Virus record (IMG/VR): IMGVR_UViG_3300030376_005178
Reading direction: 5' to 3' (one strand)
Length of the DNA stretch: 56,789 nt
Source of the DNA: an uncultured virus (IMG/VR IMGVR_UViG_3300030376_005178)
Lineage: Duplodnaviria; Heunggongvirae; Uroviricota; Caudoviricetes
The notes beneath the pieces are model-generated. The model ran no database searches. It had not been told where the DNA came from and saw only the letters and a list, made by a program, of their open reading frames with translations. Positions 7,769 to 18,380 of the stretch are shown in pieces. Positions within the stretch are counted from its first letter, which is position 1; each line of letters opens with the position of its first letter. Both the position numbers and the translations under genes were made by a program.

Positions 7769-9148
7769 CTATCTAAGTTTAAATTTCTTAGCGATACCTT
7801 TAAGATCGCCTATGATTTCTTCTCCTTCAAGAAGTCTCTTCTCTAAGTCTACATCCTTTATAGCTTCATCCATCTTCTTAAGTACATTAGGTGTATTAGA
7901 TGCAGTAAGGAAATCTTGTGCTAAGTTGTCCATGTACATGGCAGTAGAGTTAGCAAGACCCTTAATAGTCTGTTCTGATGGTATATCTGGATGAGTTGGT
8001 ATAGTATCACCTACTAATGATGCTAACTTATCACTAGTAAAGTTACCAACAGTAGCAGCAGCACCCTTAGCAACAGATCCAGTACCAATCATTTTCTTAA
8101 GTCCTGTAAGAGCATTACCACCCTTAGTAACACCTAAAGCAGATGCTGCTGAAGATGTTAATGTCTCTATGTTACCAGTTAATACCTTATTGCCAATACC
8201 TTGAATAGTATCCATTGCTCCACCAACTCCAGGTAATTGTCCCTGTAAAAAATTCTTACCAGCATTAGCAATACTAGTAGAACCAGGAATTTTATCCAAT
8301 CCACCAAGACCTAATGCAGTTTTAACTGGATTATTAATAGCATCCAATCCACCCTTTAACTGTCCAACAAGATCACCTGCACCTGCACCCTTCATCACAT
8401 CTCCCAAATTATCTCCTAATTTTCCTGACAATAAATTAGATGCTTTCTGCAATGGACCAACTAATTTAGTTGAAGCTTCTTTTATAGTTTCTTCAATAGC
8501 ATCTATAGCACCAGTCTGATCACTGATACCAAGATCTTCAAGAGTAAATCCATACCCCTTCAATGCTGCACCAGCAACACCATCAAAACCACCTGGTGCT
8601 GCACCTGGTTTAGTATTCTGAGATTTAGGATCAAATACCTTTGCTAATGTACTGTCAGGTATAAAACTATTCTTAGTTACTTTAGCACCATAAGATTCAG
8701 GAACCAGATTTCCTCTCTTTGCCTGAACTTGAGCACTATTTGCTTTAACATAGAAACGACCAACACCAGTATGCATATTAATATTCCTACCAGCATTCAT
8801 ATCAATATCTCTATCCGCATTAAACATCATATCCTTTGCATGTACTCTAAGTCTTCCTCTAGGACAAACTATAGTAATATCTCCAGTAGCAGCACTTATC
8901 CTAACATCAATACTATTAGGGTCATTCTTATCACCAGCATTAATTTCAATAGACTTATCACATGAGATCCTGCCCATTCCAGTCCCATGACCATGAGCAA
9001 TTAAAAATACTTCTCCCTTATCATTAGATGAATATATCTTTGTTGGTTCTGGACCATCCCTACCAACTCTAGGACTACCAGTTTCTATTCTAAAGTGTCC
9101 ACCTCTAGAATCAACAACTCTTCTTGCCCAAGTAGTTTCTGCTACCAT
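7769..9148 (-). CDS. Baseplate hub-associated protein (gp5 C-terminal-like repeats plus Gly/Ala-rich helical region)
   Basis: Repeats such as DMMFNADRDIDMNAGRNINMHTG; directly follows gp5. Confidence 0.55.
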   Translation of the reverse strand: MVAETTWARRVVDSRGGHFRIETGSPRVGRDGPEPTKIYSSNDKGEVFLIAHGHGTGMGRISCDKSIEINAGDKNDPNSIDVRISAATGDITIVCPRGRLRVHAKDMMFNADRDIDMNAGRNINMHTGVGRFYVKANSAQVQAKRGNLVPESYGAKVTKNSFIPDSTLAKVFDPKSQNTKPGAAPGGFDGVAGAALKGYGFTLEDLGISDQTGAIDAIEETIKEASTKLVGPLQKASNLLSGKLGDNLGDVMKGAGAGDLVGQLKGGLDAINNPVKTALGLGGLDKIPGSTSIANAGKNFLQGQLPGVGGAMDTIQGIGNKVLTGNIETLTSSAASALGVTKGGNALTGLKKMIGTGSVAKGAAATVGNFTSDKLASLVGDTIPTHPDIPSEQTIKGLANSTAMYMDNLAQDFLTASNTPNVLKKMDEAIKDVDLEKRLLEGEEIIGDLKGIAKKFKLR

Positions 9149-11698
9149 TTACCCGACCCCCACACAATCGATAACTGTAAGTACATCCTTCTGAACAGCT
9201 TCTGGTATCTCACCAAATACAGGTCGAAGAACTGCTCCTGTTCCAGTGGCAGAAAGAACTTTAATGACTGGTGGCACATCGTACTTAAGGATATTTAGAA
9301 CCTTCACAGCCTCGACACCTCCCGTCTCTGGATTAACAATTATATCATATATTGGTTGATCTTTAACATTTCCTAATGCTACTCTTTGAGTTCCTTCTGG
9401 AAGTAAATTTGTATATGGATCTGGAATTAATTCAGGTGCAACAGAAGGATCAACAGAATCTGGATCAACATCTGGGAATCCTGGTTGGAATACAAAAATA
9501 CTCTCATCAATTTTATCACCTACAACATATCCACTACCAGGATCTTCAACAATAACAGTAGTTACACCAACATTCTCTGGTGGATCAGTAACAACTGGAT
9601 ATCCTTCACCTACAGTATCTACAACAACAGCAGCTATTGTACCATCAGGAGCAAGAACAGCATGTCCATGAGCACCATATCCCTTACCACACTTATCAGA
9701 GAAACTAATAGCAGGTGGAGACTTATAGTTAGCACCAGGTACTTTTAGATCAACACCAATAATACTTGCAGTCTTACTAATACCATCTGCAATACCACCA
9801 AGTCCACTAGCTTCAATAGTCTTACCTAATACAACCTTTCCGATAGCACCAAATCCACCACCACCAAATATTTGCATAGTAGGATTACCACAATCTTTAT
9901 TACCACCAGTACATGATCCACCACCACTCAATTCATCAATCAAACCAGATACTCTACCAGCAGCACCAAGAGTCTTAGCAACACCTCCTGGTATTAGGTT
10001 ACCAAACTTGCTAGTAATACCACCACCAAGAGCACCACCAATTGCACCTTTAATGCCACCACCACCAAGAGCACTGCCTACTGCACCACCTACTGCACCA
10101 CTAATACCGCTACCACCACCAATTACATTACCTGCAGCAGCACCTAATGCACCACTAATACCGCCGCCACCAAGAGCACTACCTGCAGCAGCACCTAATG
10201 CACCGCCACCAAGAGCACTACCTACTGCACCACTAAGACCATCAGTAATACCACCAAGAGCACCTTGAGCAAGACCAGTTAATCCACCACCAGCAATACC
10301 TCTTGCGAGACCACTAATATCTCCAAAACCACCTCCAAGACCAGTAAGATCTCCAATAGCACCACTTAAAGCACCTGACAATCCACTACCACCCTTAGCA
10401 GCATTTTTCATCTGACCACTAATATAATTAAATGGATCAGCACCCTTCTCCATTGCTCCACCAGCAACCTGATATTTCTTAACTGGAGGACACTTATCCT
10501 TATTAGTCTGTCCACAATCTAGGAATCCAGAGAAGTCTTCTAATACAAATGCAGAACTCCTTAAAAATTCAGCAATATCAATACCTGGTGATAACAAATC
10601 ACTCAACCCACTCAACGGTGATTTTAATCCATCAGAGATACCATTAACCATATCACCTAAAAATTTACTGACGAAATTAGCAGCAACACAACCTGCTAAA
10701 CCTAAACCTGAGGCAAGCAGATCTTTTAACATATCAGATACAGTACCTCTTAATCCTTCTACTACCTTATTACCAACACATGCTAAAGCATTCTCTGCAT
10801 TCTTTATAGCAGGTATTTGTGCAACTTGAGATGCAACACCAGAAGCATGAGCAAGAGCATAGGATTGAGGAGAATTCCCCATCTGTCCAAATACTTTTCC
10901 AAAGGTCTCATCATATACCTTATCTAAACCCTTCTGCAACTGAGGTTCAAGAAAATCATATGTAGAATCCATCATACGACCAACAAATCCATTAGCCATT
11001 GACTCTACTTGATCGGCAACAGCATCAATCTCTGCCTCAAGTTTCATACCAGTTAATGATAGATCCTCAACTCTCTGTGCTAAGTTCTCAACTGCCTGTG
11101 CCATTCTAGACACAGAGTTAGTAGTACAAGTATCTGGAGCAACTATAGGAGTACCAGCACCTGACTGGTCTACATTCTTACCTTTAGTAGCACTAGAGTT
11201 AGTTGGGTTTGCTTTACTATTTTGTTCACTGGTCTGGTCTGGTTTACCACTATCTTTAACTTCAGTCTTTGGGTTAATTGGTGTATTATCTGTAAACGCA
11301 CTACCAGTTTTAAACTTACCTTCAAAGTCACTATCTAAATCAATTCCTGCAGTTCTTGAGAAATGACCTATGATAGCAGGAACTTGTCCTTCATCACCAT
11401 CTAAGAAAAATCCAAATACAACATCACCCTGCTGCAACATTGTAGATGTTGCATAATTAGCAGCACCACTACCTGATGTACAAGGTAGTAGTGCTATTGC
11501 CCAAGGTAGATCCTCATCAGTAACATCATCCGTAAAAGGATGATATCCCATTATTCTAACTTTATATCTATTACCCCATCCTTTACCGTCATCTGTCTGA
11601 TCAGCCTGATCTTTCCTAGGAGCAACTTGACCGATCCACCAACGGAATCCGTCCCTGCCTACGAACTTACTTTGACCTAGTAAAGATTCTTCAATCAT
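9149..11698 (-). CDS. gp5: Baseplate hub subunit gp5-like (OB-fold N-terminus, Gly-rich linker)
   Basis: GRDGFRWWIGQV...RYKVRIMGYH...LPWA...VFGFFLDGDEGQVPAIIG is the gp5 OB-domain signature. Confidence 0.8.
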   Translation of the reverse strand: MIEESLLGQSKFVGRDGFRWWIGQVAPRKDQADQTDDGKGWGNRYKVRIMGYHPFTDDVTDEDLPWAIALLPCTSGSGAANYATSTMLQQGDVVFGFFLDGDEGQVPAIIGHFSRTAGIDLDSDFEGKFKTGSAFTDNTPINPKTEVKDSGKPDQTSEQNSKANPTNSSATKGKNVDQSGAGTPIVAPDTCTTNSVSRMAQAVENLAQRVEDLSLTGMKLEAEIDAVADQVESMANGFVGRMMDSTYDFLEPQLQKGLDKVYDETFGKVFGQMGNSPQSYALAHASGVASQVAQIPAIKNAENALACVGNKVVEGLRGTVSDMLKDLLASGLGLAGCVAANFVSKFLGDMVNGISDGLKSPLSGLSDLLSPGIDIAEFLRSSAFVLEDFSGFLDCGQTNKDKCPPVKKYQVAGGAMEKGADPFNYISGQMKNAAKGGSGLSGALSGAIGDLTGLGGGFGDISGLARGIAGGGLTGLAQGALGGITDGLSGAVGSALGGGALGAAAGSALGGGGISGALGAAAGNVIGGGSGISGAVGGAVGSALGGGGIKGAIGGALGGGITSKFGNLIPGGVAKTLGAAGRVSGLIDELSGGGSCTGGNKDCGNPTMQIFGGGGFGAIGKVVLGKTIEASGLGGIADGISKTASIIGVDLKVPGANYKSPPAISFSDKCGKGYGAHGHAVLAPDGTIAAVVVDTVGEGYPVVTDPPENVGVTTVIVEDPGSGYVVGDKIDESIFVFQPGFPDVDPDSVDPSVAPELIPDPYTNLLPEGTQRVALGNVKDQPIYDIIVNPETGGVEAVKVLNILKYDVPPVIKVLSATGTGAVLRPVFGEIPEAVQKDVLTVIDCVGVG
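10020..10265 (-). repeat. Imperfect tandem repeats encoding a GGA(L/V/I)G-ALGGG glycine-rich tract in gp5
   Basis: CCACCAAGAGCAC occurs five times and CCTGCAGCAGCACCTAATGCACC twice on the + strand. Confidence 0.75.
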
Positions 11699-11967
11699 TA
11701 GTCGTCGTATACTCTACATTCTAGTGAATCTGGATGATTGTCACAATAAACTTCTAAGTGCTGATCTTCATGGCGTGTGTGCCAATCATTGATCTTTGCA
11801 CCACCAAGATTCTCTTCATTCTCTTCATGAGCATGAAAAGCATCGTTGTGAAGTTTCAAATCATCTTCTGTATATTCAATCATGCCATGATTGACATGCT
11901 CTTTATGATCCTTTGGATCAATATAAGATTCATGATTTAAATCGTGTTCTGGTACTTTAGTTGTCAT
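11698..11967 (-). CDS. cp12: CP12 Calvin-cycle inhibitor protein
   Basis: C-terminal LEVYCDNHPDSLECRVYDD CP12 signature. Confidence 0.85.
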   Translation of the reverse strand: MTTKVPEHDLNHESYIDPKDHKEHVNHGMIEYTEDDLKLHNDAFHAHEENEENLGGAKINDWHTRHEDQHLEVYCDNHPDSLECRVYDD

Positions 11968-11970
11968 GAG

Positions 11971-13275
11971 TTAATCTCCTGAGGTGTCTCGGATAACCTT
12001 CAATGCCGAATAGGATTTGTTGCCACTTATAAAATGACTAAGTTCCTTAATGATATATAGTCCACTTTGAGCATGGTCTACATCATCTTCTTCGCTCACT
12101 TTAGGGAATACCAACTTAATTATATCACCTGCCTCCAATTCTACATTCATTGCTACTGTTAATGTTATGACTTGAGTAAATAAGGAAGCATATCTTGAAA
12201 TAGATTGACTAACATCTTCAATATTATCCATATTAACCGTTGTAGCTGCAGCACCTACAACAGCCTCATCAACTTTCTCTTCTAAACATCCAACACTATA
12301 AACTCCAGTAACGATCCTGTGTGCCATTTCTGGGCTGGGAATATTTTCGGGTTTTGCTTCTTCTGTTATCGGACTTTCATCTGACCCTAGACTCTCTTGA
12401 CCTTCTGGTTTAAACACAGACACACTAGGTTCTGTAAATTTAAATGTATATGGATTCCAATAAATTCTATAAGTTGAATATGATCCCTCACTTTGAGCAC
12501 CCATCACATTATTATTCATTGCAATAGTATATTGTAATATATTGCTGAAAGTATCCTCTGGATCTTCGCCACCCTTATTAATTCTACTATACTTATAGGT
12601 ATGAACAGTATTCTCCTTCTTATTCTTAATAATAGTTTCAATGGATTTAAACTTCATACCAGTCTTAGTTTGCCATAAGAAAAAACCAGCAGATGCACTA
12701 TTTGCACCTTCAGGAATAGCTCTGGAAGATAAAGTTGGTGCAAGAGTAAACGGTTTTCTCATATTACCAATAAAATTATAGGTATTCTGAGTTGTTTCAA
12801 TGTTCTCATCCTCATATTCACATTCAACTAACTTAAGAAAGTCTTTTATAATATCACTAATCTTTGTTGCCTTATATTTTTTAATGACCCTCTTATTTAA
12901 ATTAACAATACCTTCTTTAGATACTAATTCCAACACAAAACTTTCTTTTTGTTTTTCAGATTCATAATTACTGATCTTGTTCACATACATTGTAAGTTCT
13001 AACAAACCAGGACTTTCCTCGTTATGCAATTCCCAAGGAGATGTGAAATGTAATTTCACTTCTTCTCCTCCCCTAATTGGAAGAGTATGATAAACACCAG
13101 AACCAGAAGCAGTTACACCCATTTTCGCAGTAATAACTGGAGACATCAAGTCTTCAAAGTATTGAAAAAATACTACACCCTGCCTCAAATCAATAGCTGC
13201 ATCAGTATTACCCTCCTCTCCAACAGGGTAAATCTCTGCAACCTCAAAGGTCGTTCCTTGGGTAGGTACTGCCAT
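11971..13275 (-). CDS. Baseplate hub/tail protein (gp27-like by position)
   Basis: YFEDLMSPVITA...SGLYIIKELSH pattern typical of the hub protein preceding gp5. Confidence 0.5.
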   Translation of the reverse strand: MAVPTQGTTFEVAEIYPVGEEGNTDAAIDLRQGVVFFQYFEDLMSPVITAKMGVTASGSGVYHTLPIRGGEEVKLHFTSPWELHNEESPGLLELTMYVNKISNYESEKQKESFVLELVSKEGIVNLNKRVIKKYKATKISDIIKDFLKLVECEYEDENIETTQNTYNFIGNMRKPFTLAPTLSSRAIPEGANSASAGFFLWQTKTGMKFKSIETIIKNKKENTVHTYKYSRINKGGEDPEDTFSNILQYTIAMNNNVMGAQSEGSYSTYRIYWNPYTFKFTEPSVSVFKPEGQESLGSDESPITEEAKPENIPSPEMAHRIVTGVYSVGCLEEKVDEAVVGAAATTVNMDNIEDVSQSISRYASLFTQVITLTVAMNVELEAGDIIKLVFPKVSEEDDVDHAQSGLYIIKELSHFISGNKSYSALKVIRDTSGD

Positions 13276-14954
13276 TATGTGTAAGCTCTATCTATTGTTT
13301 TCATTGAATGAACCAAATTTCTACCGCTAGAATGCGTAGTTATAGGTGTGCCACCACCGTCAAGATTCTTTTTAGCTGGTGGTGATTGTGCTGCCTGAAG
13401 CTTATTTATTGGTACAGGGACAATGGTTTTACTACCTTCTTTTTTGAGAGATGCTACTTTCTCACCAGTCTTCATGTTACCTTGCATCCAATTATTTTTT
13501 CCTGGTTGTATCCAATGTTGATTGTCAGGATTACCTCCCATAAAATCAAAATGAACAGGATCATTGGGATCAGTATTCCATCTCCAACCATACTTAGATC
13601 CATTCTTCTTCAACCACTCCCACTCAGGAGTTCCTGCAGCTAAATCAACTGCCCAACCTTGAACATGAGGAGATTTATCAACAGGAGCAGGTGTCATTGA
13701 ATTTGGATCTGCAATTATCTCTCTTTGCTTCTCTGGTGATCTATATGATGATGTAACTGCGTTAGTTAAATCAATACCATCTTCTGCTGCTGCTCTAAGA
13801 ACTTTCTGCCATCCTCTTGCAGCATCAGGGTTTAGTATAATCTTACGACTATACATATCCATTCCTAAACCTGATGGTGTAACTATTTTCTTCTTCTCAC
13901 CACCACTATCACCTTTCCTCACATTGACTGTTACTTCTTTCGTCACACCATAATTTTTGACCTTATCCCTTAAGGAACTATTATGAAATTTCATATATTC
14001 ATCCATCGTAACTTCTGCGTCATTAATATATGCTTTTCCAGTCTTCATATCAACATGACCACTACCAGCCCTTTTGACTGTTATGGTTTTTGTAACAGTT
14101 TCTACTTCTTTCTTTACTATAGGTGCAACCTGTTTATTCTCTTCAACCTTAGGTTTAGCACCGTTAGTATCACCTTGTCCTTCTTCCTTCTTTACCTCAC
14201 CTTCCATATTTTTATGGAGTTGCTTATGACCAGATAAATCTAATCCTTTATCTGGTTGCTCACCAGAAGAATGAGCTTTTTCATCTGTATCATGAAGTGG
14301 GACATCACCATCACCTCTATCATTAGCAAACTTACCGATAGCCTCTTTTGTATCGGCAAGATTTTTATCCATATCATCTCTTGTTTTCTTAAGATCATTC
14401 TCTATGTTATTAAATTCATTTAATACTTTATCACTATCTTTAGGAATATTTTTATTATTATCTAAGGCACTAACTACATTTTTAGATGCATCATTAATCT
14501 CATCCATTCCACCTGTTAGCGTATCCCATATCTTCCATACACTTTGAAATATCGCTGTTATTTTTTCTATAACTGGTGCAATTGATTTAATAAATGCAGG
14601 TAGTTTAACTAAAAGCCATCCAGTAAATACAGCGGCCGCTGCTGCCAATACTCTTTGAAATATTCCTCCTACTGTTTTCTTTACACTTTTACCAAGACCA
14701 CCCTTAGATTCCTTAGGTTTAGACTCAAGTGTTTTCTCCTTATCTGCCTGTTTCTTAGCATTTAATAGTTTAGCAGCTTGAATCTTTTTATCTGCCCTTA
14801 CTTGTTGTTTTTGTGCTAGTCTATCTTTAAATGAATTTTTAATTCCTTGTGATGTTTCATTAATAGCACTAACACCAAAAGAAATAATATCAAAAGCATC
14901 CGCTACAGGAATTAACCTACTAGGATCAACTTTAGCCTTATCTTTATCTGCCAT
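13275..14954 (-). CDS. Virion protein with coiled-coil N-terminus and peptidase M15 (VanY-like) domain
   Basis: SSYRSPEKQ...SPHVQGWAVDL...WLKKNGSKYGW...DPVHFDF Zn-peptidase motifs. Confidence 0.75.
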   Translation of the reverse strand: MADKDKAKVDPSRLIPVADAFDIISFGVSAINETSQGIKNSFKDRLAQKQQVRADKKIQAAKLLNAKKQADKEKTLESKPKESKGGLGKSVKKTVGGIFQRVLAAAAAVFTGWLLVKLPAFIKSIAPVIEKITAIFQSVWKIWDTLTGGMDEINDASKNVVSALDNNKNIPKDSDKVLNEFNNIENDLKKTRDDMDKNLADTKEAIGKFANDRGDGDVPLHDTDEKAHSSGEQPDKGLDLSGHKQLHKNMEGEVKKEEGQGDTNGAKPKVEENKQVAPIVKKEVETVTKTITVKRAGSGHVDMKTGKAYINDAEVTMDEYMKFHNSSLRDKVKNYGVTKEVTVNVRKGDSGGEKKKIVTPSGLGMDMYSRKIILNPDAARGWQKVLRAAAEDGIDLTNAVTSSYRSPEKQREIIADPNSMTPAPVDKSPHVQGWAVDLAAGTPEWEWLKKNGSKYGWRWNTDPNDPVHFDFMGGNPDNQHWIQPGKNNWMQGNMKTGEKVASLKKEGSKTIVPVPINKLQAAQSPPAKKNLDGGGTPITTHSSGRNLVHSMKTIDRAYT

Positions 14955-16783
14955 TATTCATCCCCCTGCTGATAGGTATGTGTAAAGTAAAACCTATAAT
15001 CATTTGCATTATTAAAAGTCGAGAAACTAGGTAACTCAGTTGCATCTCCAGTAAACATACTTTCATTAAAATTATTATCTGTATTCATAGCAGTATCAAA
15101 AGGAACAAATTCAAAACTACTAGCAGAATCTGATAAGGTACTAGAAATACTACTAATCTTCTCATTATTAACCTTGCTACCAAGTTCTACTGCAGTCTTA
15201 AAGTCAATACCAGTATCTGAAGTATTACTTTCTAAAGTATTATTCTTATTAATTGTTGTTTCTCTCAATGATGGTGGTATTTCTCTTTTCCTATCCTCTT
15301 TTACATCCAGAAAATCCCACCATTGGTTACCGTGAGTTGCTCCTTTATAGTTTACAAAATTAGGATTCTCAAATAATTTCATAGTACCATCCTCTTTTTT
15401 CTCCCATAGATATTTCTGCTGTTTATCATCCAATACTGGTAAAGTGTTAACATCATTATCAAATAGTTCAGGGAATTTTAATTTAATCTCCTTGTCATAA
15501 TGTGCTCTAATCTCAAGTTCAGAATTTTTAACTAATTGACCAGTATCTTTCATATATTTCTGAGCACCTGGAGATTCCAACATGGGATCCCCATCTGCAG
15601 AAATTTTATTTAAACCTGGTGCTCTTTCTCTCCGAATCTTCATCTCACCTTCATGAATATCATTCTTCATCTTCTTAAGCATCTCTTTTTTCAATGCCAT
15701 TACATTCTGATAGCTTTGATATCTTTTATCAGCATTAGCTAATGCTTCTTCACCATAATTCTCAGCTATCCACTTCCTATGCAATGGATTTATTATATTC
15801 ATCTCAGCACTCCTATTTTTACCGCTATCTTGCCCAACAACAAAAGCTCTTCCCATCAAACTTCCATGTTTATCATCACCTAATGCACCAGTATCACCTT
15901 CCCACATTTTTACACGGATAGGTTTCTTAGTTTTAGGATCAAGGAATAATGCACCAGTACCAAAATTCTTAACATCCAATCCCCCTTCTTCAGTACCAGC
16001 TCTTAAACTTTTATCAAAGTTTTCAAATTCTCCACCTCCAGTAACAGATTTCTTTATTGCTTTAAAACCAAAGTAACCTGCCACACCAATACCCAGTACA
16101 ACCCAAGTCCAAGGATTTGCAAGGAGTCCAAGAATTGCTGGTATACCTATCTTAAGTCCAGCAACAAGTAGTTTTATAGAACCAATAATACCAACAAGAT
16201 TAACTGCAAGTAATAAACCACCTACAACTGCTAAAGATTTTATTATTTCATTCTTCATCTTATTGAAAGTTTCTGTGTCACCCTCTTGCCATGCCTTTAA
16301 CATCTTTGCACCCTTATCAATCAACCAACCACCAAAAACAGCAGTAAGAGCATCAAACAATCTTTGAAAAACACTCTTAGCTTTTTCTTTTACTTTTTCT
16401 ACTGGTTTAACAGCCTTCTCAGTCTCTAATTCAAGAAATTTTTCTGCTTTACCTTTTTTAAGAGCATCTACTTCTCTTTGATCTCTCGTTTTTTCATCTG
16501 CAGCAAGTTCTTTATCTGCAACTAATTCTCCTGCTAATGCATCACCTATTGCTTGTAAAGTATTATTGACTGAAATAATACCCTTATTAAGTTCAGTAAA
16601 TTTCTCTACGCTTATTCCACCAACATTAGATTCTATATTATCAACTCTCTTTTCTAATCCAATAACTCTTGCTAATGTTTTTTTCTGCAGTCCAAAAGAC
16701 TTTGACATTACACCATGAGAAACACCCCCAGATGAAGATTTCTCGCCTGGTGGTGTTGGTAATTTATCTTTAATGTCAGCCAT
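14954..16783 (-). CDS. Tape-measure-like/baseplate hub protein with hydrophobic segments
   Basis: Coiled coil plus hydrophobic LAVVGGLLLAV...ANPWTWVVLGIGVAGYFG; downstream of gp51. Confidence 0.55.
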   Translation of the reverse strand: MADIKDKLPTPPGEKSSSGGVSHGVMSKSFGLQKKTLARVIGLEKRVDNIESNVGGISVEKFTELNKGIISVNNTLQAIGDALAGELVADKELAADEKTRDQREVDALKKGKAEKFLELETEKAVKPVEKVKEKAKSVFQRLFDALTAVFGGWLIDKGAKMLKAWQEGDTETFNKMKNEIIKSLAVVGGLLLAVNLVGIIGSIKLLVAGLKIGIPAILGLLANPWTWVVLGIGVAGYFGFKAIKKSVTGGGEFENFDKSLRAGTEEGGLDVKNFGTGALFLDPKTKKPIRVKMWEGDTGALGDDKHGSLMGRAFVVGQDSGKNRSAEMNIINPLHRKWIAENYGEEALANADKRYQSYQNVMALKKEMLKKMKNDIHEGEMKIRRERAPGLNKISADGDPMLESPGAQKYMKDTGQLVKNSELEIRAHYDKEIKLKFPELFDNDVNTLPVLDDKQQKYLWEKKEDGTMKLFENPNFVNYKGATHGNQWWDFLDVKEDRKREIPPSLRETTINKNNTLESNTSDTGIDFKTAVELGSKVNNEKISSISSTLSDSASSFEFVPFDTAMNTDNNFNESMFTGDATELPSFSTFNNANDYRFYFTHTYQQGDE

Positions 16784-16952
16784 TTTGTTGCTGTGCCTTT
16801 AAATTCTCATCCTCAATATGCTGTCTCAATAAACTAATGTATATCTCCCGTTCCCACGGGATCATATTTTCAATATCACTCAAACTATATTTATGATGCT
16901 GCATGAGAGCGAAGTTAATCCTGTAGTATGATACAAGATCTTCATGCAACAT
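16776..16952 (-). CDS. gp51: Baseplate hub assembly catalyst gp51
   Basis: Not in the track. MLHEDLVSYYRINFALMQHHKYSLSDIENMIPWEREIYISLL signature, immediately after gp26. Confidence 0.85.
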   Translation of the reverse strand: MLHEDLVSYYRINFALMQHHKYSLSDIENMIPWEREIYISLLRQHIEDENLKAQQQNG

Positions 16953-16954
16953 CG

Positions 16955-17671
16955 CTAGTTGAAAAAAGCTGCTAACCCTTCCAATTTAATATTATTCTCT
17001 ACTTTAGTATTAGGATTAGTAACAGTAAATTCATGACTAAGTTTAGGCATAGTAACAAAGAACTTCTCCAATGCTTTAAACTGTTTAGATCCTAAACCTT
17101 CTAGAAACTCAATCATTTCCTTCTTGGTAAAATCTGCCCCAGTCCAAGTCTCATCTTCATTAAAGACCATATCAACACAACCAGCAATCATATCAATAGA
17201 CTGCTCAAACCCAACACCATCTACGGCAAAGTTCTCTTTAATAAACTGATCAAGTGAAGGATACTTCATCCTCATAGTTAGTTTCTCATCCAATTTTATA
17301 TCTTTATCATGTTCTGGATCAAATGTAACATTAATCGAATCTAAGTCTACAGTAACTGGAACTTGGGTTTCCCCATCATCATTACAAGTTACTAATACTT
17401 CTACTGTTTCACCTACAGACTTACCCCTAACATTAAGGAACAAATATTCAATATCAAAAGTAGATAACTTATCAATCTTAATCCCTCTAGTAATAATACA
17501 ATTTCCTAGAACCTGTTTAACTGCTCTAGCAATATCTTGTATATCATTACTTTCCATAGCAATGACAAGAATCTTTTCTTCTTTAACCAAGAATGGTCTA
17601 TACTTAATCTTCTTATTAGATGAAGGAATCACCAACTCATAAGTTGGTGCATTAATCTTAGGTAGTGGCAT
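16955..17671 (-). CDS. gp26: Baseplate hub subunit gp26
   Basis: MPLPKI..PTYELVIPSS.KKIKYRPFLVKEEKIL...FDIEYLFLNVRGKSVGE. Confidence 0.9.
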   Translation of the reverse strand: MPLPKINAPTYELVIPSSNKKIKYRPFLVKEEKILVIAMESNDIQDIARAVKQVLGNCIITRGIKIDKLSTFDIEYLFLNVRGKSVGETVEVLVTCNDDGETQVPVTVDLDSINVTFDPEHDKDIKLDEKLTMRMKYPSLDQFIKENFAVDGVGFEQSIDMIAGCVDMVFNEDETWTGADFTKKEMIEFLEGLGSKQFKALEKFFVTMPKLSHEFTVTNPNTKVENNIKLEGLAAFFN

Positions 17672-18344
17672 CAGTTTTTCCTTTAATTATACCACATAGG
17701 TAAGCTATTGTGGATTTGAATGCATTGCCATCCAACTCTTCAAACATAAACATATTCAAACGAAATGCATAGTTTGCTTCTGAAACGATAGCAGAGACCT
17801 GTGATTCTGTCACAGGCAGTGTATTTAGTGTAGCACGATAGTTATTTTTAAACTCCTTCTTATTTTCTATCAAAGGAAAATCATAGAAGTCCAAACCACC
17901 ATCGTCTAACTTGAGTGCGTTGAAAGCAATATTTCTAAGTATCTGACCTCCAGACAAATCACCAAGATAACGAGTGTAATGATGACCCACAAGAAGTTCA
18001 ACCTCGTCATGTGCTACCTCACGAATACGGTTAACATATTGTTGACATGCTTCAGTAGGGTAGATAGTCTTTCTCCAATCCTGTCCAAAGAAATACTCAC
18101 AGTCTTTTGCTAAAGCATCATGTCTATTAAGTTCTTTTATATTAAGAGGTCCAACATAAGAATTATTCTTTAGTCGTTTAACCTCTGTTTCCATCGCTTG
18201 ATAGATGAAGTAGTAGTTAGCAACGAGTTGCCTATACTTATCTCTATTCACTACTCCACGAAGGAATGATGAAACAAACTTTGTGTTCTCTGCTGCTGAG
18301 TGAGACTGTTTAGTCCCTGATTTCAAATCTTGTGCGAGTCCCAT
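17658..18344 (-). CDS. ho1: Heme oxygenase
   Basis: GTKQSHSAAEN, HHYTRYLGDLSGGQIL and EANYAFRLNM motifs. Extended -10 TGCTATAAT upstream. Confidence 0.95.
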   Translation of the reverse strand: MGLAQDLKSGTKQSHSAAENTKFVSSFLRGVVNRDKYRQLVANYYFIYQAMETEVKRLKNNSYVGPLNIKELNRHDALAKDCEYFFGQDWRKTIYPTEACQQYVNRIREVAHDEVELLVGHHYTRYLGDLSGGQILRNIAFNALKLDDGGLDFYDFPLIENKKEFKNNYRATLNTLPVTESQVSAIVSEANYAFRLNMFMFEELDGNAFKSTIAYLCGIIKGKTDATT

Positions 18345-18380
18345 ATACAAGTATTCACTGATTTATATATTATAGCATAT

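Noticed and set aside
10008..10268. Pro/Ala-rich + strand ORF
   Set aside because: It is the antisense shadow of the Gly-rich repeats in gp5.
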